DNA from: Diplonema japonicum
Taxonomy: Eukaryota; Protista; Euglenozoa: Diplonemea
Direction of reading: 5' to 3'
DNA: 64,000 nucleotides
NCBI GenBank assembly: GCA_964019335.1
Contig: OZ025670.1
Coordinates: 496,001-560,000, forward strand
Under the pieces are notes generated by a model that was given only the letters and a program-made list of their open reading frames with translations, made no database searches and was not told the DNA's origin. The first letter of the stretch is position 1. Every line of letters begins with the position of its first letter. Below, piece by piece: positions 56,140-64,000 of the stretch. The translations under genes and the position numbers were made by a program.

Positions 56140-56686
56140 CACCATTCTCTCCCTTCTCATCTCCCTTCTCATAGAACTTAGAATTTTTTTCCCCCATTTT
56201 CTTTAGTTAATCTGGCGGTGGAGGGCTGTCGCCCTTCCTCCTCCCCCCGACCAGGGAATATAAAAAGAATAAGGCAGGCCTGTACCTTTTCTCTACACAC
56301 AGCTGCCTATCTACTGAGTCGTAGGTGAAGGCAAATCGTAGGTGAACCCAATTGCTTACCTCATTGTCTTGCTGCTTTCATTGTTTGCCTCATGGCACAT
56401 GAAAGGCCTTCACTCCCGTAACACCTTCCCGTGTTGCCTCCCCCCTTCAAGAAGCAGTCAATGAGCTCTCCGAACTGGCTCAGACCAATGCTTCCATTTT
56501 ATTCCTTATTGTAGAAATGCAAAAAAGTGTCGTCCTCTCGTTTCCCTCTTCCCTCTGCCGACTCTTGTGTTTTTCCTCTACATCGGTCCCGCCTCCTTTC
56601 TTTTCCCCCTCATCTGCTTCATCTGTCTGCCTATATATTTCTCTCTCTTTTCCATTCTTCTCGCTAATGTTACACAGGCCCCCGCA

Positions 56687-59577
56687 ATGCCTTATGACGT
56701 TGATGCTGCGGAGCCTCATCCTGAGGTGTACCGCACTGATGATGTCGGTGAAGAAGTGGGGGACGTGTATGCCCTGTTTGAGAGTCTTAACGGAGAATTG
56801 TTGAGGCAGAAGATCATGTTCGAGAGCGAATTGAGGAGGCAGCGCGAGGCAATGGGTGCGAGAATCACGAAGCTAGAGGGCGAGCTAGAGCAGCGTGAGG
56901 CAGACTGCAAGTCTCTCCAGAACAGTGTCACCATCCTTGGAAGGTCTCTTGACGCTATAACCGAGGCGCTGGAACGAGTCGCCCCTAACCTCAGCACTGT
57001 CACCGCCCCCACCCCTGCCAGCAACACCGCCAGCGTTAAGCGAGGCCGCTCCCCTGCTTCCAGAGGCAACTCCCCATCAATGCGCCCTAGTTCCCCCCGA
57101 GGAGCTCAACCCCAGCCCAGATCATCTACCAAAGGCCGCTCCTCCTCCGTCCCCCGACCTTCCTCCCCAGAGAGCAGACGTTCTCGAACGCCTGTTAGAA
57201 AGGACGCCCCAACCACAGCCGCAGACAGAATGGGCTCTGGGTTCACCCGTCACCTCAAAATTGGGAACAACAAAAAGGTAAATGGGGCCGTGCCTGTAAT
57301 CACCACGAAGCGAGCACCAGCGCATAAAGGTGCCACTGCCGTTAAGGAGGTCACTGCCGACTACATTGCCGGTATTAGGTACCCAAGCTTCCTGCAGAGC
57401 TCCATATTCCCTCCCGAAGGGATGGAAGAACTGCAGGGGCGGCCCTCCCAGCTCCCGAATGCTAAACTCGAGCTGCAGCACATCTACGGCTGCTCCGTAG
57501 GCGGGTACAACGACAACGTCTGCTACAGCGACAACAAGGTGGTTACGTACGGGGCCTCCGTAGGGTTGACTATCGACCCGGAGTCGAAGAAGCAGGATTT
57601 CTGCTTCCATCACTCTTCGGAGGTTGTGTCAATGGCGATGCATCCCTCCTTGAAAATAGTGGCCACTGCGCAGCAAGGCTTCCGGGGAGACCCCTCCATC
57701 TCTGTATGGGACGTGGGTTCCAAGCAATGCAGGGCAACGCTGAAGGACTTTCATGAAGAGAATGTGAGCTGCATGGCATTCTCTGTCGATGGCATGTACT
57801 TAGCGACAGTAGGCGGTACGCAGCACCTGACCCTGGCTATTTACAAGTGGGAGTCAAAGGAAGTGGCAGCGCACTGTAGGGTATCGAGCGATGCGGTGTA
57901 CGGGATGGCGTACAACCCTTTCAACCCAAGGGTTATGGTTATTGTGGGGAAGAGACTTGTTAAGTTCGTGGAGATCAACAGAGTGAGCACGAAGCTGTCC
58001 TTGAAGGTGAGGTCAGGTGCAACGGTGAAGGACTACAATCTTGCCGATCAGCGCGTAGTGTGTGCTGCCTTCACGAATGCTGACACCACTCTGACAGGAA
58101 CGGACAGCGGTGCTATCCTGATATGGAAGAACGAGGCCCTCTCATACCATATACCATCAGCGCACGCAGGAGGCGTATCTTCCATTAAGGCAATCGTCAA
58201 CAGGTCCGACAGTGCTGCCACAGCCCTCTATTCCTGCGGGAGGGACGGTCTGGTGCGGTGCTGGACTGACTCGTCGACACTGGACAGCCTTGCGATCGAT
58301 GACGCAGTGTCCTTCGACATCGCTTCCTTGGTCACCGATAGCAATGTGTCAGGTATGCACCAGCGCACTCTTATCAGCCTTACAGAACAATGCATGTCAG
58401 AGACACTCCGCCTTGTCACCACAGGGAAGTCGCCTGTGCGCTCTATGGATGTCAGAGCGACGGAGGAAAGCACAAAGCTCGTTTGCATTCTGTTTTCAAA
58501 CCAAATCATCGTATGCGCAAAGCGTAGTTCTTAATGCCAAAAAATAGGAAATCGACATCACCAAGCTGGAGTGCCCTACCCTGGAAATCCTTCTGCAGGG
58601 TCACAGTGCGCTGCCCACATCCAGCCTTCAGACCAACGAGCACTCTGAAGACGTTGCGTTCTTTAATGTTGTGAACAAGGTGGCAACGCACCCCAGGCAC
58701 CCCATATTGGCGACCACGGGGAGCGACTCGACTGTCAGGTTTTGGGACACGGTGAACAACGAGCAGTGCTACGTGCTGCAAATCCCTGGGAAGGGGTTGT
58801 CGTTAGACTTCTCGGTGGATGGGAACATACTAGCGGTGGGTCTCGAGGGTGGGAATAATTCGAAAGCGATGAAGGGTGGTGGTGTGGTGTTTTCGCTGTC
58901 GTCAACAGCGGCAGGGAAGGTCACAGCGTGCAAGATGATATGCAAGCTGGAGGAATCGGTGGGGGAAAGCGTGTTCTGCGTGAGATTTGATCCGCTGAGC
59001 AAGAGGTTGGCGGCGGGGGGCGGCCACAACAGGGTCGACATCTACGACATGGCACAGGGGTACAAGCGGGTGGGGGCCACGAAGGGGCACAACTCGGAAG
59101 TGCTACACATGGACTGGTCCGCTGACGGGTCCGTCATACAGACAGATGATGGTACCCCAGAGCACCTGTACTTCGCAAAGGATGGCTCCCGAGTGACAAG
59201 ACCAATTCAAATCAGGTCTCAGGCATGGGGGAGGTGGACATGTGCCTACGGGTGGCATGTTCAGGGGATCTGGGATGAGCAGATGACACCTTCATCCGTG
59301 AACGCCGTGGACAGGTGTCCAGAAGGTGATCTATGCGTAGTGGGTGATAGGTATGTTGGGTGGAGTTGAAAAGGGGGAGGGAAATAAAATAAAACACAGC
59401 ACCTCAAATGTGAACCTGTATGCCTTCCCCCTTCCAGTGCAGCAGGCCTCACACAAGAAATACCGGGGTCACTCGCAGCCTGTGGTTTCTGTTGCCTTTT
59501 CCCCTTCATCGTCCACCGTTTTCTCCTCCGGGGCGGACGGCTGCATCTTCCAATGGACGCTCGTCAGGTCTGTTTAG
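56687..59577 (+). CDS. EMAP-like (EML) microtubule-associated protein: coiled coil + HELP + WD40, spliced
   Basis: LELQHIYG (HELP), GHNSEVLHMDWS, WGRWTCAYGWHVQGIW, YRGHS. Introns near 58511 and 59351. Confidence 0.9.
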
Positions 59578-60538
59578 AAGGAATAAGTTGTAAAATCCGG
59601 CGGTTTATTCCCCCCCCCTTCCCACCTGTATAAACATATATATGCCTTTACTCTTCCCCTCCCCTGCCCTCTTTTTTTTTGCATTTAGATTATGTAGACC
59701 AGAGGAAAAAAAAATGAAATAGGGAAGAAGAAGATAAGAAAGGGAAAAAAAAAAAGCGAAAGAAAACTGTGAGGAGTGAAAGAAAGAAAGAAAGAAAGAG
59801 ATTATGTGATAGTAAAAAGTAGAATAAGAGTTCCTGTGTAACTATCTTCTCACCCCCCCCCCCCCCCCCCCCCCCCCCCCCGCGCGCGCTGTATTTGCCA
59901 GGTTTCCTCCCTTACCCCCTTATCCGATCGCTGTAAAGAGAAGATTATTTTTTTAAAAAAAAAAGAGTTCCGAAATAATAGTAACCAAAAAAAAAAGAAA
60001 AAAAAAGAAAGGGAATAGAATGTGTGGCCCTGTTCAACAAACCTCCTTTATTCCACCACCACCACCACCCCCCCCCCCCCCCCCCGCCCCGCTGTCCCCT
60101 TTACTGTCTTTTGTTAATGATTAATTTCCATCCCTTGTCCCCGGTTTATCCCACCCGCCCCCCTTTTTTTTCACGCTTTCACCCAAACCACAACAGCGAC
60201 GGGGGGGAACATGAACATGAAGCTCGTCGACAAGACCACGTGTCCCGCTTATGGGAAGAGCGCAGTTCGCAAAGTGCGATTTTACCCGCACATCTATTCC
60301 TCCAAGGTTACGGTGGGCGACTTTTCCCAAGCGAACAAAGATCACCGTTTGAAAGCCCCAACGCATTACAAGATACCTCAAGAGCACTGGCTCTTCTTAT
60401 AAGGGGGTACCGAGCGTTTACACATGAAGTATGGGGGGAGGGGTGGGGTTTAGTGGACTGTATTCGAAAAAAGGTTTTAGAAATACCACCCCCCCCCCCC
60501 CCCCTCCTCCCCCAACATTTTATTAGGTACTATGCAAT

Positions 60539-62907
60539 ATGGGACAATGTTGCTGGTCAGTAACGCATTCTGACGCGCAAAGGGCGCCAGCGGTGTGGAG
60601 AGAACCGCAGCCTATGACACCAAAAGTCCCTGAGAAGGACATTCAAGACAATGACAGTATCAACTCTGGTTGGGGTGGCCCTGATCGAGGCAGGCAACTG
60701 TCTCTTGGGCTCATTTCGGTTGGTTCTCTTGCCGACAACGATTCTCTGCCTTCCGGCGAGGTCCCCCCCCTCCCCCCTCCCCTGGCTCTCCAGCAGATGG
60801 TCAGCGACACACCACAGTACCTCTCGTGTATTTCGTATCAATATTCAAGCATCGCAGGAGTAAAATGACCGAGAGCTCTTTCCTCACAAGGCAGCCTGCG
60901 CCTGATGTCCGTGTTCACGACGACGAGAAGGGCGACAGCGCGTACGTAGTGTGCGGAAGTGAGTACAGGGAGCTGCTCAAGGTGGCGAGGGAACACGTCA
61001 CAATGATGAAGCAGCTGTTCCAGATGAAACGGACCGCAGGGAACCCCGACTGGAGCGCTGTGTACTGGGACTGCAGACAGGGCTTGAGCTTCGAGGACAG
61101 CAGAGCTGTGTCGTGTGTTCAGTTTAAGGACGGCCTTTCCCTCTACAAGATCCTCGACACAGGGCACAGGTGCGAGGAGGTGCCCGACGTGCGCATTGAT
61201 GTCAGTTACAACAAGTTCGAGGTGTACTACAGCACACAAGAGATAGTCAAATTCGATGTTTCCACCATCAGAGAGATGTACCACGATGCACAGAGGCGTG
61301 TTCTTGTCATACAGCAGACAGAGGGCGACTACGAAGTGGCCTGTTATGACCAGGCTGTGCTGCGAGCCATGTACTACTCTATTCTCCTCAGGCATGAGAA
61401 CGGTAGAAAACAAGACCCTGTAGCGGATGTCACGCGTATCATTAGCGAGGCCACGCCGCGGCTGGAAGGGCAGAGCATGCAGACAAGGTCCAACGAAGAA
61501 GGCGTCTACTCCCCCCAGATCTCTCGGTCGCACACGTCTATTAGAACGCGTGCTGCAAACGTTCCCCTTCCTCCTTCTACTGCTTTTGTTTCCCAGGCAC
61601 AATCGCCGCTTCCGGAGGGTATCAAATCGGCACCGCAGTCCCTTGCTTCGCAGCCCATCAGCATCTCACAGCATTCCTTACAGCTGTCGCAACAGCAACA
61701 TCAGCCGATTGAGAACACAGCCAGTAAGATTGCCTTTCTGCAGCAGCAGTCCACCCATGCTTCCCAAGCGACGGCCACGCCCTCCATGCAGCATGCCGCC
61801 ATGAGACAGCCGTCGCAAGTGACACACATGTCGCAACATGTGTCTCAAGAGGTCCCACATGCCTCAGTCCAACACGCGCCTCAATCTCAGGTACTTCAGC
61901 AGTCCCAGGTACCCCAGTCCCACGCGCCTCAATCTCAGGTACTTCAGTCCCACGTGCCGTCGCAAGCACCTTCGCAATACATCTCCAAACAGCCGTCGAT
62001 GCTCAGCCAGTCGCAAGTGTCGCAGCAGAAGCCCAGACAGTCCGGTACAATGTCACGGCAGATATCACACGGCCCTTCGCATACACAGGAGTCACAGATG
62101 CCCTCGCAAGCGCAATCCCAGCAGATGCCTTCGCAAGCGCAGTCTCAGCAGATGCCTTCTCAAGTTGTGGCACAGATGTCTCGCACGGTATCGCGGCCCG
62201 TTTCTCAGGCAGCTCCCTCTCACAGCGTTACGCAACAAGTGTCTTTTACACAAGCGTCGCAATCATTGCAAACAATGCCGTCGCAGTCTCAACAGGCAAC
62301 TGACCTCCCCAGAAGGGGCTCGAAGGTGTCCATGACCAGTGGGCATATGTCCCAGCATGTGTCAGCCGTGCAACCACAGTCGCTGACTACACGTGCTGCA
62401 CATGTGGCGCTCCCCCCTAGTACTCACTTTGAGGTATGATGGACTACTCTCGTCACACCTAAAGGGAGCTTTTGCTCAGTCAAAGGAAAGTATTTCTGTA
62501 CCTCAGATCGAGCTTGCCCCCCCCAGCCCGGTATGAAAGAATGTGCAAAAACCTTTACATGACATCTTCAGGTGGATGGCGAGCTTTCACGTGTGGAGTC
62601 CAGGTTGCAGCCATTGGAGCTCGATGGGGGGGCCTTGCCCACTATCTCTGGCATCTCTTCTACTGCCTCGTGGGGAGACACGCCACCTGTCTCTCCCATG
62701 CTCGGCGAAGAGAACTTAAGAGCTGCGCCCAAGACAATCTTGCAGAAGCAGTGCTCCGAGGCAAGCACGGCACAAGGTGTTGCACGCCAGCTCTCTGTGT
62801 CGGAGCACCAGTCGCAATTTGCGCGAATCCAGCAGCAGCTGGACTCACAGCCGCCGTCGGTGGGGCAGTACAATCCCCAGTCCTCCCACGAGCAGAAGGA
62901 AGCCTGA
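60539..62907 (+). CDS. Acylated (MGQCC) protein with Gln/Ser-rich repeats, spliced
   Basis: ORFs 60539.., 60826..62439 and 62572..62907 join via introns 60826-60857, about 62434-62464 and about 62531-62571. QMPSQAQSQ repeats. Confidence 0.65.
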
Positions 62908-63077
62908 CCTTAACACACTGTGTAAAATAGTTTTAAAACCATGTATTTTGTACCTTTCCCTTAGACTCTTGTATGTATCTCGCTACCCTCCCCCTTTTGC
63001 TCTCATTTATTTTGTACCTCCTACCGCTACGTTTAGTATGGTATATCTTCTTTCTTACCTGCTCCACGGCACACAGG

Positions 63078-63818
63078 ATGCCACGGCCATGGACGGCTGG
63101 TCGGGTACACAAGCCGGTATGGGAAGTGTTGGCAAGACCGCAGACGGCCGCAGTAGAAAAGGTACCTGAAGAGAAGATACAGCAGAATCTTGTAAGGTTG
63201 TACGAGAGACCGGTCGAGCTCAGGAAGAAAAAAAGGGATAAGGAGAAGGAAGCGGCGGCGGAGGCGGCGGCTAAAAGGAGCTCCTTGAAGGTGAGGAAAT
63301 CGGACGATTTGTCCAAGAAAGACAAGGTGCTTGTTCAGAGGTTTTACTATGACATGCTGGCAACGAGGCAAAAGAGGAAAGCGGCGCTGCAGGACAAGCA
63401 TGAGAAGGGAGTGAGTTGGACACGCAGGAGGTTTGCCGAGATGAAGATCACAGACGCTGAGATACAAGGCATCTCTCACAGGCTGTACACACTGTCTGTC
63501 GAGCAGAAGAGGAACAACATTGCAGCGATGGATCGAAAGTACTATCCTGCAGCGCTCCCCGTGACAAGAACACCGAAGCAAATCACCGAGTCTACCGCTA
63601 CCCTTTATAACGAGGCCGTCAAGAACCGAAGGGAAAAGCTTGCTGCCAACCACCAGAGATACATATTCACGCGACGCCCTTGCAAAAAGGTACTGTGGGG
63701 GGGGGGGGGGGGGCAGGGGGGAATCAAATAACAGATCGCCGTCGCTGATCCCGAGGTCCAGCAGTACCTTCGCTCCCTTGCTTCCCCGAAGCAAGGCACC
63801 ACACCCACACGTAAGTAA
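63078..63818 (+). CDS. Hypothetical helical-repeat protein (RLY-type repeats), spliced
   Basis: Repeated RLY/RFY motifs. A GT...CAG intron near 63690-63734 gives the last exon IAVADPE...PTRK-TAA. Confidence 0.6.
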
Positions 63819-64000
63819 GGATTAATCCAACTGTAGGAAGGAAGAAAAAAGAAAACGATTTCCCATTCTCCTGATACGAAATTATATTTTTATCGGGTGA
63901 TTGAGGAGTTTTCATTTTTTTTTGTTTTTTTTTAAATTCTATATGGTCGAGACTAAAAAGCTGGGTGCAAATGAGTAAAAAAGAAAAAAGAAAGAAATAT

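Noticed and set aside
60211-60402. Short ORF upstream of the MGQCC gene
   Set aside because: No recognisable motif, and it could not be spliced convincingly to the downstream exons; left unannotated.

Overview
Eukaryotic genomic DNA, most likely a euglenozoan of the diplomenid type; the taxon is inferred. About 30 host protein genes all lie on the + strand, as in a polycistronic, trans-spliced unit. Many are split by very short GT(AT)...CAG introns of about 30-50 nt, and one encodes a trypanosome-type PA26 proteasome activator. Intergenic DNA is rich in homopolymers. Mobile DNA comprises one apparently intact APE-RT non-LTR retrotransposon with a 2A/StopGo-like motif at the ORF1/ORF2 junction, plus three TIR elements (a Sola-like DDE relic, a TTAA piggyBac-type MITE and a foldback/MULE-like MITE). 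The highlights are four. (1) The ~3 kb gene-free interval 35420-38650 has many nested long-range helices, with G-U pairs favouring the + strand, and a CCCTAACCC telomere-template-like 9-mer. It is a candidate large structured ncRNA, possibly telomerase RNA. (2) Two intact tRNA genes (Thr-UGU, Val-AAC) each sit in sense orientation inside an enlarged spliceosomal intron. (3) One intronless gene fuses a polynucleotide kinase, a histidine phosphatase, an EEP domain and an ATP-dependent RNA ligase. (4) The LINE junction carries the 2A motif and a possible frameshift. Domain calls come from recognising motifs by eye, and helices were found by hand; no searches or folding programs were run.
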